A stretch of 54,791 nucleotides of DNA from an uncultured Bacilli bacterium (GTDB lineage: Bacteria > Bacillota_I > Bacilli_A > RF39 > UBA660), in contig CALVRZ010000003.1 in NCBI GenBank assembly GCA_944358875.1, positions 1 to 54,791 of the forward strand, written 5' to 3'. How positions within the stretch are numbered: position 1 is the stretch's first letter; every line of letters begins with the position of its first letter. Positions 10,880 through 20,335 of the stretch are shown here, one piece after another. The position numbers were made by a program, and so were the translations under genes. Below the pieces are notes generated by a model. That model saw only the letters and a list, made by a program, of their open reading frames with translations. It did not search any database and was not told the origin of the DNA.

Positions 10880-11674
10880 TTAATCAATTATATCATTAAA
10901 ATCAATATTATTAGCATAAATATATTTATTTTGATAATTTTTCCATCTAACTCTCAATAATTTACTATTTCTAATTATATTTAATGCAGTAAATGGATTT
11001 CCTAAATAATCTCTTTTAGAAAAAGTTTTATCAATTGCATTTTTAAATAAATCAACATTAATATTGTTCCAATCTTTTGTATAAATCAAATAGACATCAT
11101 AAAAATCTCTCATTCGCCCATTGAATTCCATTTTACTTAAAATCGTTTCTATTTTTTCAGCAAGTACTGTTTCAATATTATATGCAAAGATATTAATATA
11201 ATTGCCCCCTAAAATTGGTTTATATTTATATTTTATTTCTTTTGGTGTTATTGGATCACCTGTAGCTATATCAACATGAAACTTTTCCTTAATATTTTCT
11301 ATTACCACTTGTATATCAACTCTAAATCCACCATATTTATCTTCGTCTCTAATTGGGAAAATTGCTAAATAGCTTAATTGAGCATTATCATCTATTTTAA
11401 TACTCAATATTTCCTTTATCATATCAACTATTGTCTTCTCATCAAAATTGGCATTTCTAAAAGAAGTATCTATATCCATAGTTGATCTATTTTCTATTCC
11501 ATACAATGTACTTAAATAAAAACCACCTTTAATTATAAAACAATCTTTATATTTACTAATTGACAATCTCTCTATAAACCTATCATACATATAAAGTCTA
11601 AAAATTGTATTAAAGTCAATATTTTTTTTCTTAGCTATATTTTTTAGTTTATCCTTTAATTGCATACTATTCAT
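10880..11674 (-). CDS. abiEii: AbiEii-family nucleotidyltransferase toxin (type IV TA)
   Basis: IIKGG, RSTMDID, AEKIETI, RMRDFYD. Confidence 0.9.
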   Translation of the reverse strand: MNSMQLKDKLKNIAKKKNIDFNTIFRLYMYDRFIERLSISKYKDCFIIKGGFYLSTLYGIENRSTMDIDTSFRNANFDEKTIVDMIKEILSIKIDDNAQLSYLAIFPIRDEDKYGGFRVDIQVVIENIKEKFHVDIATGDPITPKEIKYKYKPILGGNYINIFAYNIETVLAEKIETILSKMEFNGRMRDFYDVYLIYTKDWNNINVDLFKNAIDKTFSKRDYLGNPFTALNIIRNSKLLRVRWKNYQNKYIYANNIDFNDIID

Positions 11675-12299
11675 AATATACCTCCATATAACTCATAACT
11701 TCATCAACAATACCCATCTTAGAAGCATAATTAGATAGCTTAACAAGGTCTTTATCTTTTCTCTTAACATATTCTCTTACACTATACTTAACATGTTCCA
11801 AATCCATTCTATTCCTAGATCTAATAATATCACATATACATCTTTCAACATCATAGGCTTTAACTTTATTACCCATTGGTGTCTCTACCTCAGTAAGTCC
11901 AAGCTCAAAAATATCATCAGATACATAAAAAACATCATGCTTTTTTAAATGAATACTATTATAATTTCTTCTAACAGTAATATCATACACATCATTAGGA
12001 GCTTTTATAGAAAGTCCATAAAAATACAAAGCAGTCATATGAGAATATATAATATTAGGCATACTAAGACCAAATACATAATAATTATCTTCTATTTTAC
12101 TTGAATCAATATAAATACCATTTCCAACTCTCTCAATAATACCTTTCTTCATCATAATATTAAGATAATTCCTATGAATTCCAAGATTAGACAATACTTT
12201 AGATGTAACATATCCATTATTAACTTTCATAATTGATTCTATAATTTCAATATTACTACTCTCTTTAAACTCTTTTAATGTCATTCTTTCCATAATCAT
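11667..12299 (-). CDS. abiEi: AbiEi-family antitoxin
   Basis: N-terminal wHTH (IERVGNGIY), SHMTALYFYGL and ERCICDIIR; overlaps abiEii. Confidence 0.9.
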   Translation of the reverse strand: MIMERMTLKEFKESSNIEIIESIMKVNNGYVTSKVLSNLGIHRNYLNIMMKKGIIERVGNGIYIDSSKIEDNYYVFGLSMPNIIYSHMTALYFYGLSIKAPNDVYDITVRRNYNSIHLKKHDVFYVSDDIFELGLTEVETPMGNKVKAYDVERCICDIIRSRNRMDLEHVKYSVREYVKRKDKDLVKLSNYASKMGIVDEVMSYMEVYYE

Positions 12300-12304
12300 T
12301 CCTC

Positions 12305-12352
12305 CTTGACAAATCTACTGATATTTTACATTTTTTCCGTAAATTTGTCAAG
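12305..12352 (-). promoter_or_regulatory. abiE promoter with inverted-repeat operator
   Basis: TTGACA(12351-12346)-17-TAAAAT(12328-12323). 14-bp arms CTTGACAAAT(C/T)TAC at 12305-12318 and 12339-12352 cover the -35 box and abut the RBS. Confidence 0.75.
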
Positions 12353-12410
12353 ATTAAAATATTTTTTTTGTAAAAAATCTAAACTCAAATAAATTACCAT
12401 TATTAATAAA

Positions 12411-12630
12411 AAGTATAATAATACTATTAATATTTATAACAGATATAGTATTATCATTCAATATAATATATAAAATAAAGAAAACAGCAGATTCCATCAA
12501 AACCATCCGTAAAGATAATACTGAAGAGATAAGTAAAAAAGTAAGAAAAATCTTAAATACTAAAATATTCCAAAGATGTATTATCAATGCTTTCCCTAAG
12601 TTCAAAATTCTACCCAGAAGAAAAAGATAA
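12411..12630 (+). pseudogene. Direct repeat A, copy 2: orphan 3' fragment of a diverged permease allele
   Basis: Translates SIIILLIFITDIVLSFNIIYKIKKTADSIKTIRKDNTEEISKKVRKILNTKIFQRCIINAFPKFKILPRRKR*; most differences from copy 1 are synonymous. Confidence 0.85.
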
Positions 12631-12652
12631 CTCCATCATAAAGTTATCTTTT

Positions 12653-12913
12653 TTAATCATATATACCTCCATATTTTTTTAATAATGTCTTATAATCATA
12701 TTCACTAATCCTATTATTTCTCCAATAAGATTTAGCACATACATCTAACTGAGGAAATTTCATATCATAACTAAGCCAATCACCCTCTTTATCAAATTTT
12801 TCAAGTTCCTTTATAATATCTATTAATATTTTAGGTAAATGAGAATAATCATATTCAATACTATAATCATATAAAGGTTTATCTGTTTTAAATGGATCAT
12901 TTTTCTTTTTCAT
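12653..12913 (-). CDS. Small helical hypothetical protein, similar to 53958..54188
   Basis: Shares an LPK.L...D....L...ISE....KKY pattern; RBS GGAGG. Confidence 0.7.
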   Translation of the reverse strand: MKKKNDPFKTDKPLYDYSIEYDYSHLPKILIDIIKELEKFDKEGDWLSYDMKFPQLDVCAKSYWRNNRISEYDYKTLLKKYGGIYD

Positions 12914-12916
12914 ATA

Positions 12917-14119
12917 CTACCTCCTCAATTCTATTTCTTCTAAAGGTTCCCATTCTACATATTTTAACATTTTATCATCTTCACAATGTATAAATTCAAC
13001 TGGACTATATTTTTTAAAATATCCACCACATGCAATAGGCATTATATCATCAGGAACAATTCCTATATAATCTTCCCCTTTAAAAGCTTTCTTTATCACA
13101 TCTACACCATATATTTGTACAGGTATATTCTTTTCATTAAGTACATTGAATATTTTAGCTATTTCAATTTTTCTTAAAATTTTACTACCATCAAGTGATA
13201 AATAATATCCCTTTTCATCATGACCAACTTGCAAATTAACTCTTGCAAAAGAATGACCTCTTATAATTTCCCAAGGATGTCCACCAAATTTATCATCATT
13301 ATACCATTTATCAAACAAAGCACTACTATTCTCATCAATTTCTCTTAACCCATCATCTCTACCATCAGCATATTTTAAATATAACTCTTTATCCGTTAAA
13401 TTACCTATTTCATACCCTAAATACTTATACACCATGCTAACATATTCAAAATATTTACCTGAAGTCATATCTTTTATTCTATCTTCTGTTTTATCACTTG
13501 CCTTTGCCATAAAATAATCAATTTCTTCTTGCGATATTTCATTTAATAAATTCTTCTTAATATCAGGATATAATTCCCAATATTTACTTCTTTTTATTAC
13601 TCCAAATCTATTCTTATATGAATAATTTTCTTTTATATAATTATTATAAGTTCCCTTTTCAAGTTCCTTTATACAATCATTTACCTTATTTATAAGAAAA
13701 TCCAATAATTCCTGTAATTGATAATTTTCAAAACAATCATTTTCATTATCCATATCAGCATATATAATCATTTTAGAATTAATAGATATCATGCGATAAT
13801 TTTCATATCTAGTTGAAATCATTTTATACCAATAAATCTCATCCGGATAATCACTATTAAAATTATCAACAAATTCCTGATAACTTGAAACATCCCCAAA
13901 TGCTTTTAACTCTTCATAATTACCATATTCTTGGATACTACCTTTTTTAGTACTAAAATATAATACTTTATATTCATCATCAGATAATGGTTTAATTTTA
14001 TCAAGTAAATCATATAATTTATTTAATTTATCTTTAACTAATACATCATATATTTGTGGATTAACATTTCTACTATCAAACACACTAATTAAAAAATCCA
14101 ATTTAGAAGCACACATCAT
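12917..14119 (-). CDS. Conserved hypothetical protein
   Basis: 400-aa ORF with RBS; ADGRDDGL and GGHPWEI motifs; function not recognised. Confidence 0.75.
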   Translation of the reverse strand: MMCASKLDFLISVFDSRNVNPQIYDVLVKDKLNKLYDLLDKIKPLSDDEYKVLYFSTKKGSIQEYGNYEELKAFGDVSSYQEFVDNFNSDYPDEIYWYKMISTRYENYRMISINSKMIIYADMDNENDCFENYQLQELLDFLINKVNDCIKELEKGTYNNYIKENYSYKNRFGVIKRSKYWELYPDIKKNLLNEISQEEIDYFMAKASDKTEDRIKDMTSGKYFEYVSMVYKYLGYEIGNLTDKELYLKYADGRDDGLREIDENSSALFDKWYNDDKFGGHPWEIIRGHSFARVNLQVGHDEKGYYLSLDGSKILRKIEIAKIFNVLNEKNIPVQIYGVDVIKKAFKGEDYIGIVPDDIMPIACGGYFKKYSPVEFIHCEDDKMLKYVEWEPLEEIELRR

Positions 14120-14159
14120 GATTATTCCTCCCTACTGCTAACTTAATATATTTTATTTT

Positions 14160-15155
14160 CTAAACCTTATAATACATCTGATTTTTACTTGTTGGTTTAT
14201 CTGGATTAGTCATTTTAATTAATCCATTATCAATCGCTGGTTTAAGATAATTTTCCCTAAAAGATTTTTTTGATTTTAAATTTAATTTTTTCATAAGTTC
14301 AAGCGTTGTCATCGATACACCATTTTCCATAACATTAAGTAACTTATTAACATAAGGACTAATATGATTAATATGATTATTAGTACTATCAATTAATTCA
14401 TCTAACACTTCATCAATCATTTTTAACATAAATTCAATAAACGTTGTTGAATTTCCATGTAAATGACATTCCTGAATAGTTTTATAGTAATCATCTTGAT
14501 ATTTTTTTATCTGTGACTCAATTGGGACATATTCAAATATTTTTTCCCAATTAGCTAAAATTATATTCTGCCACAATCTAACAATTCTACCATTACCATC
14601 TGCAAAAGGATGAATAAATACAAATTCATAATGAAAAACAGATGATAGTATGAGAGGATTAATTTCATTTGTCTTTTCTCTCATCCAATTAAATAGAGAA
14701 TCCATCAATGTATCAACCATTTCAGGTTTAGGTGCCATGAAAATACAATTATTATTCTCATCAAAAACACCTTCAGCACCAGTTCTAAATTTGCCATCTT
14801 CATCTACTAATAAATAAGTCATAATTCCATGTGCTTTCTTAATATCATCAATTGAATATGGATTAAATTTCATCATCATTTCATAAGCTTTATAAGCATT
14901 TTTTACTTCTTGTATATCATTTTTATCACCTATAACTGTCTTACCACTAATAACATCTCTTACCTGATTAAATGATAAAGAATTAGCTTCAATTGCAAGT
15001 GAAGAATGAATAGAACGAATTCTATTATTTTTTCTTAAAACAGGCATCTTATTTAATCCTTGATAATTATCTATCATTCCTATTTTTTTCATAATTGAAG
15101 CAACACGATCTAACATCATATTAGTAATATCAAAAGGTGGAATATAATCATTCAT
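14160..15155 (-). CDS. Fic family protein with C-terminal HTH-like domain
   Basis: Canonical HPFADGNGRIVR, SLAIEAN inhibitory-type motif, and C-terminal YLKPAI..PDKPTSKNQMY. Confidence 0.92.
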   Translation of the reverse strand: MNDYIPPFDITNMMLDRVASIMKKIGMIDNYQGLNKMPVLRKNNRIRSIHSSLAIEANSLSFNQVRDVISGKTVIGDKNDIQEVKNAYKAYEMMMKFNPYSIDDIKKAHGIMTYLLVDEDGKFRTGAEGVFDENNNCIFMAPKPEMVDTLMDSLFNWMREKTNEINPLILSSVFHYEFVFIHPFADGNGRIVRLWQNIILANWEKIFEYVPIESQIKKYQDDYYKTIQECHLHGNSTTFIEFMLKMIDEVLDELIDSTNNHINHISPYVNKLLNVMENGVSMTTLELMKKLNLKSKKSFRENYLKPAIDNGLIKMTNPDKPTSKNQMYYKV

Positions 15156-15210
15156 CTATAACCACTCCATTCTCAAATTATTATACCATTTATTCATATC
15201 ATTGTCAATC

Positions 15211-15246
15211 ATCTTAGGTGTTATCTTAGGTGCTATCTTAGATGTT
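15211..15246. repeat. 3 x 12-bp tandem repeat next to the fic -35 box
   Basis: ATCTTAGGTGTT ATCTTAGGTGCT ATCTTAGATGTT. Confidence 0.8.
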
Positions 15247-16034
15247 TAATCAAGTTTCTTACCAACATAAACACCTAAACATAAAAGTAACAAACATATC
15301 ATTAATTCATATATATTACTAATATTCCCTATAACTCTACCAAAAAGAATTATCATACTACCTATTACTAAACCTAATACTAAAGAATAAGTCTTCTTTT
15401 TATATTTACTAAATAAATAATTCATAAGATAACTAACTAATATTAATCCAACCATCATACCTATCCCATAATATATAAGAATAAATAAATTAACTTCACT
15501 AATCGCCGTCATAATAATATCATAACTACCAAATAACATCAGTAAAGCTGTCGAACTAAGTCCTGGAATAACTGTCCCAAAAGCATCGATTAACCCCGAT
15601 ATCATAAATACCAATAAATCCATATAACTATTACTAATTACATAAATATTATTATCACTTAAAGTATCTAATAATAAAACACTAATTAAAGCAAAGATAA
15701 AGATTATATACCCACTTCTCTTTCTACAAATATTCTTATATACACTAGGTATACCTCCCATGATTAAACCTAAAAATAAAAACATCGTAAAAACATAATA
15801 ATTATTAAGTAAAAACATAACTATCTTACTACCTACAATAAAAGAAATACCTACTCCTATTCCTAAAGGAACTAAAAATCTAATATTATTTTTAACATCA
15901 CTAAAAAAATTCGTAATAGCCTTAATACCCTTATCATAAATACCTAAACTAATAGCAAGTACCGCTCCTGATACCCCAGGTATAATCTTAGCCATACCAA
16001 TTAAAAAACCTTTAATAACTAACATATTCTTCAC
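15246..16034 (-). CDS. DUF368 family membrane protein
   Basis: IIPGVSGA and VIPGLSS duplicated motifs. Confidence 0.88.
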   Translation of the reverse strand: MKNMLVIKGFLIGMAKIIPGVSGAVLAISLGIYDKGIKAITNFFSDVKNNIRFLVPLGIGVGISFIVGSKIVMFLLNNYYVFTMFLFLGLIMGGIPSVYKNICRKRSGYIIFIFALISVLLLDTLSDNNIYVISNSYMDLLVFMISGLIDAFGTVIPGLSSTALLMLFGSYDIIMTAISEVNLFILIYYGIGMMVGLILVSYLMNYLFSKYKKKTYSLVLGLVIGSMIILFGRVIGNISNIYELMICLLLLCLGVYVGKKLD

Positions 16035-16061
16035 CTGATAAAATATATGAAAAAAAGAAGA

Positions 16062-16316
16062 TTAATTATTCCTCTTCTTAATTTTCATCTTCTTTTTATC
16101 AATAATAATAGATAAATCATTAATATCATAATTATCAATTACATAAGAATTAATCTTCTTTCCAACTTCCATATAGATATCTTTATTCATACTAATAACA
16201 CTAATATCATTAAAAGTAAAACAACCTGTATCAAAAATACCCATACTAGCTAAATATCCATTAATACCAACCATCATATCTTTATTCTTACTAAGAAAAT
16301 AAACATTACTACTCAT
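16062..16316 (-). CDS. Hypothetical protein
   Basis: ORF with RBS GGGGG and basic C-terminal tail. Confidence 0.55.
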   Translation of the reverse strand: MSSNVYFLSKNKDMMVGINGYLASMGIFDTGCFTFNDISVISMNKDIYMEVGKKINSYVIDNYDINDLSIIIDKKKMKIKKRNN

Positions 16317-16335
16317 AATACCCCCATCTAATTAA

Positions 16336-16929
16336 TTACTTAAGTATTCTAACTTTATTAGGTAATTTCTTCTCAATAACTTTACCATCTTTATCTAAAG
16401 GTAAAATATTATTAAATGGACCATTACCAAATAATCCTATAAATTCATCTTTTCTAATTTGCATTAAATCATAATCTCTACTTTTAGCCGTAACTAAAAA
16501 TTCATTACCTTGTTCCATAAATACATATCCAAGATTACATCCCATAAAAGCCTCTAAAGCTAGATAATAATTTCTAACTTTCTCAGGTAAATCAATTCTA
16601 TATTGCCAACTATAATTACTATTAGCACTATTAACCTGCATATAAATAAGTGGCACTTCTTCAAAAGAATGTTCAATTCCATAATAATCGAGCCATAAAG
16701 CTTTATCTTCTAAATGATTATTAGCTACATATTGACGTACTCCTTTTAAAACTTCACCATACTTACTTCTTTCAATCATTAAAGCAGGTCTACTACAAAC
16801 AGAAACTATACCAATATCTTCATCACTAATTCCCATCCCATTAGTTAAAAAAGCATTAATTTCTCTTAATGTATCAAACTTCCTTTCTTCTTTAATTTGC
16901 AAAAACTTCTTATAATTCTTATTTTTCAT
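16336..16929 (-). CDS. Hypothetical protein
   Basis: 197-aa ORF, RBS AGGAGG. Confidence 0.7.
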   Translation of the reverse strand: MKNKNYKKFLQIKEERKFDTLREINAFLTNGMGISDEDIGIVSVCSRPALMIERSKYGEVLKGVRQYVANNHLEDKALWLDYYGIEHSFEEVPLIYMQVNSANSNYSWQYRIDLPEKVRNYYLALEAFMGCNLGYVFMEQGNEFLVTAKSRDYDLMQIRKDEFIGLFGNGPFNNILPLDKDGKVIEKKLPNKVRILK

Positions 16930-16999
16930 ACATTTCTCTCCTCCTATATCTAAAAATTATAACACTTTAAATCTAAAATGCAAGAAAACATTTGTTATT

Positions 17000-17229
17000 T
17001 TTTTAAGACTTCTTTTTCCAACTCCTTAATAGATTTTTTAGAAGTTGATAATTATTCAGGCATTGTACCACCAAATTATTTTATCGTTTCCCGCACTGCA
17101 TTTCCTACTTTATAATGAGTATAGATAGAAACTTGCACATTTCCATTTCCATCCACTATCGGTTTCCTGAACTCAGGAAAGTGTTCAATAACCATATTAT
17201 TACTAGTTTCACAAGCAATCATAGCCTTT
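17000..17229 (-). pseudogene. dinD: DinD-family remnant with a large internal deletion and two stops
   Basis: Manual translation: KAMIACETSNNMVIEHFPEFRKPIVDGNGNVQ / VSIYTHYKVGNAVRETIK*FGGTMPE*LSTSKKSIKELEKE, i.e. N- and C-terminal DinD-like motifs joined. Confidence 0.75.
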
Positions 17230-17256
17230 CACATAGCAAAAAAAAACTAAGTATTT

Positions 17257-17856
17257 CTACTTAGCACTCTTAACCATTCTCTTCCAAAAATTATCCCCCT
17301 TAGCTATATAAGCCCATATATAACTAATCATAACTAGTATTGATCCAAGTATCGCACATATCATATCTTTCATTGTATCATGCACACCTGTTGTTAATAC
17401 CTTTTGCGTATCTGTTCCCATAACATTATCAATTGTAAATTCAACACATTCCCATAAAGGAGCAATACTTATTGAAAATAACATTGCAAAAAAACAACTA
17501 TATAAAATTTTCTTACTATCATATTCCCTAAACCAAATAAGAATAAAAATACCCATAACAAAAGTAAACATCCCCGATAAAAAATGCGTAAAAGAATCAT
17601 ACCAACTAATCAAAGAAAAAAATCCCATAATACTACCAAGTAACATAGTTAATATAATAAAAACAATATATACAAATTCCAATCCATCACTAATCCTAAT
17701 TTTAAACAACTTTCTAATTATCTTAAAAACCAATAAAACAGGTATAATAGCAATACATAAAAGAACTCTATCAATTCCATAATAACCTTCTATAAACAAA
17801 AACAAATAAGCACTAATAACTGATAATATAATCAATAAATTATTAATCTTCTTCAT
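17257..17856 (-). CDS. Membrane protein, DUF2238/YjdF-like
   Basis: WYDSFTHFLSG, LWECVEF and DTMKDM motifs. Confidence 0.75.
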   Translation of the reverse strand: MKKINNLLIILSVISAYLFLFIEGYYGIDRVLLCIAIIPVLLVFKIIRKLFKIRISDGLEFVYIVFIILTMLLGSIMGFFSLISWYDSFTHFLSGMFTFVMGIFILIWFREYDSKKILYSCFFAMLFSISIAPLWECVEFTIDNVMGTDTQKVLTTGVHDTMKDMICAILGSILVMISYIWAYIAKGDNFWKRMVKSAK

Positions 17857-18053
17857 AATCTACCTCCTTTAACATTATAAAACAAAATTATTAATAATAT
17901 ATACCTATTCCTTAACAATATACTAAAAATTATATAATATTTTTATATAATTATCAATAAAATTATCTTTATTATATTCTTTTCTAAACCATCTACAATA
18001 AAACTTTAAACATATTTTTTAAATTTTTTTAATTCTAATATACCATTTTCCCT

Positions 18054-19082
18054 TTAAAACTTATTATAACTATTAATACTAGAATAATAACTCTTATAAC
18101 TAATAATCCCCTTATTATATAAATAAGTCTTTTTTCTAATATTTCTTCTAATTTTATTTCTTTTATTACTAGAATATTTAATAATAGTCTTATTATTAAT
18201 AACCCTATATCTACTACCTAAAAATATAAAACCATGCTTAATATTAACAATCATACATTTATTATTATTTAACTTTAATTTATATTCCTTATCTAATTTA
18301 TCTTCTATAACTTTATATACATATTTTAAATATTCTTTATCATGATGAATTAATATAAAATCATCAACATACCTAATATAATATTTAATATGTAAATTAT
18401 GAATAATATAATGATCGAACTTATATAAATAAAATATCGATAATATTTGATTAATAACACTTCCTATACTAAGTCCTTTACCAGATTCATATAAAGGAAT
18501 ATTACTAATTTCTTTACTTCTTTTCTTATCAATATTAATAAGTTTATTCTTAATATTAATAATACTATCATTAATATAACTATAATTAGTACTATCAATA
18601 AATTTACAAATAATATCATATTCTTCACTACTCAGTTTATCAATTAATAAATCTTTTAATACTTTATGATCAATACTATAAAAATACTTACTAATATCTA
18701 ATTTTAAAACATATATATCTTTATATTTCTTATTTAATTCAATATATCTATTTAATAATTTAACAGCATAACTATATCCCATCTTCTTTCTAGAAGCTAC
18801 ATTTCTAATATCTAAATACTTATTAATTTTAGGTAATAATATATATTTAGCAATATAATGACTAATAATCTTACTACTAATATTCATACTCATAATAATT
18901 CTATATTTAGGATCCTTAATATAAAATATATTATATTTTATATTAAAATTATTAATATTAATTAATTTATATAAATTTTCAAATTTATATAAATCATAAT
19001 AATATATCTTTTTATTATTCTTAGTATTCTTACTAATTTCTTTATTATAAATATCTAATAACTTATCAAATTCAAATTTCAT
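18054..19082 (-). CDS. DGR reverse transcriptase
   Basis: FYIKDPKYRII, LKLDISKYFYSIDH, GLSIGSVINQ, YIRYVDDF, GFIFLG; 342 aa, no maturase or endonuclease domain. Confidence 0.95.
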   Translation of the reverse strand: MKFEFDKLLDIYNKEISKNTKNNKKIYYYDLYKFENLYKLININNFNIKYNIFYIKDPKYRIIMSMNISSKIISHYIAKYILLPKINKYLDIRNVASRKKMGYSYAVKLLNRYIELNKKYKDIYVLKLDISKYFYSIDHKVLKDLLIDKLSSEEYDIICKFIDSTNYSYINDSIINIKNKLINIDKKRSKEISNIPLYESGKGLSIGSVINQILSIFYLYKFDHYIIHNLHIKYYIRYVDDFILIHHDKEYLKYVYKVIEDKLDKEYKLKLNNNKCMIVNIKHGFIFLGSRYRVINNKTIIKYSSNKRNKIRRNIRKKTYLYNKGIISYKSYYSSINSYNKF

Positions 19083-19417
19083 TTATTCATCCATCCATAT
19101 ACCATTTTAATAATAATACTCAACTTATCTATTCTACTAAGTACTTGTTTCTTACTCAAATACTTATTCACATAACATCTTTCTAAATAAAAATCTAACA
19201 TATTAATATTAGCTAAAATATCTAAACAAATATTATATCTAATAATCTTATTATTAGAATAATTAGCTTTATATATTAAATATAATATATTATAACTAGT
19301 AATATATAATTTATCTTTAATAACTCTATCTTTATTAGGAATATTAATAATAACTTTATCTATATTATTAATAAATTCTTTCATATATTTACTAATTAAA
19401 AACCTATCTTCATTCAT
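19079..19417 (-). CDS. avd: Avd-like accessory variability determinant (four-helix bundle)
   Basis: 112-aa basic helical protein, I..AN motif, C-terminal KMVYGW; ATGA overlap with rt. Confidence 0.85.
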   Translation of the reverse strand: MNEDRFLISKYMKEFINNIDKVIINIPNKDRVIKDKLYITSYNILYLIYKANYSNNKIIRYNICLDILANINMLDFYLERCYVNKYLSKKQVLSRIDKLSIIIKMVYGWMNK

Positions 19418-19769
19418 ATATAACTCTTTCTATATATTCTAATATAATATTTAATTTATTACTATCTAATTTATATAAACTAGATACTATATTATTAATT
19501 CGATTATTAATATCAATATTACTCTTAGCTTTAATCAATATATTATTATATCTATTTTCTTTATTTATATATTTATCAATAATATTATTTTTATTATAAA
19601 TAATATAATCAATCTTATTATCTATAAGTATATTTACTACCTTATTAATACTATTAATAGGAAATCCTACTCTATTATTAATTATTTTATAATTACATAA
19701 ATAACTAATAATAATACTATCATCATTATAACAGTGATAAAATCCCCCTTTTATATATAATTTAATCAT
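19410..19769 (-). CDS. MutS domain-I-like DGR accessory protein (copy 3)
   Basis: KGGFYHCYNDDS.IISY..NYK....VGFP pattern matches the MutS_I GxFYE..D..GvP layout. Confidence 0.72.
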   Translation of the reverse strand: MIKLYIKGGFYHCYNDDSIIISYLCNYKIINNRVGFPINSINKVVNILIDNKIDYIIYNKNNIIDKYINKENRYNNILIKAKSNIDINNRINNIVSSLYKLDSNKLNIILEYIERVIYE

Positions 19770-19794
19770 AACATTCCTTTCTATTATAGGTATA

Positions 19795-19916
19795 GGAAGT
19801 TTACGTATAAACTTCCCTCTATAACTTTGTTTTAGAGTATAACTCTAGGATAGACTTTGTCCTTTAAAACTCTAATTATATAGCCTTAACCATATAATAT
19901 TCATTATATAAAGGGC
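19795..19916 (-). ncRNA. Structured spacer 3' of the TR (candidate Sp region of the DGR RNA)
   Basis: 9-bp stem with UACG loop (19795-19816), 6-bp stem (19833-19847), and possible 19829-19837/19862-19870 pairing. Confidence 0.5.
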
Positions 19917-20015
19917 TGGGCGGGAAGCGTTAGAATTCGTGACGTTGTTGTTGTTGACATAGCCAGAATTGTTCACGTTAAAGACGTTGTTGGAGTTACT
20001 GGAGTTCGGAGTAAT
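19917..20015 (-). repeat. DGR template repeat (TR)
   Basis: Non-coding; 11 AAC + 2 AAT codons in the VR frame; aligns ungapped to 21311-21409 (offset 1394). Confidence 0.97.
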
Positions 20016-20023
20016 ATGTAAGT

Positions 20024-20335
20024 CTACCCTATACAATTAATAACTTTAATAATACATATAATCTTTAAATAATAGTCATACCTATTATCATAATATCTAT
20101 TAATCTCTATAATATCTAAATTATTTAATATCAAATAATTAATTCTTTTTCTTTTAATAATATTAGTATTACCCTTAAACTTAATATATTTTAATATATC
20201 ATTATCATAACCAAAACTATAATAATTACCTAATCTATATATAATAACTAAATAATCACTATATATATTCTTAGTAAACTTATACCTATTTATCATACTC
20301 ATATAACATATTCTTAATACTAACCAATTTATCAA
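20024..20335 (-). CDS. MutS domain-I-like protein (copy 2, more divergent; start may be 20302)
   Basis: MINRYKFTKNIYSDYLVIIYRLGNYYSFGYD resembles the MutS N-terminus. Confidence 0.6.
   Translation of the reverse strand: MINWLVLRICYMSMINRYKFTKNIYSDYLVIIYRLGNYYSFGYDNDILKYIKFKGNTNIIKRKRINYLILNNLDIIEINRYYDNRYDYYLKIICIIKVINCIG

Noticed and set aside
12354-12605. 83-aa minus-strand ORF
   Set aside because: Antisense shadow of the duplicated permease 3' fragment.
18054-19082. Group II intron, retron or Abi RT
   Set aside because: No maturase domain, intron domain V or retron VTG motif; Avd and an A-specific TR/VR pair are present.
19829-19870. GTTTTAGAG...TAAAAC resembles a type II-A CRISPR repeat
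   Set aside because: Single 42-nt copy, no spacers and no cas genes; better explained as a stem in the DGR spacer RNA.
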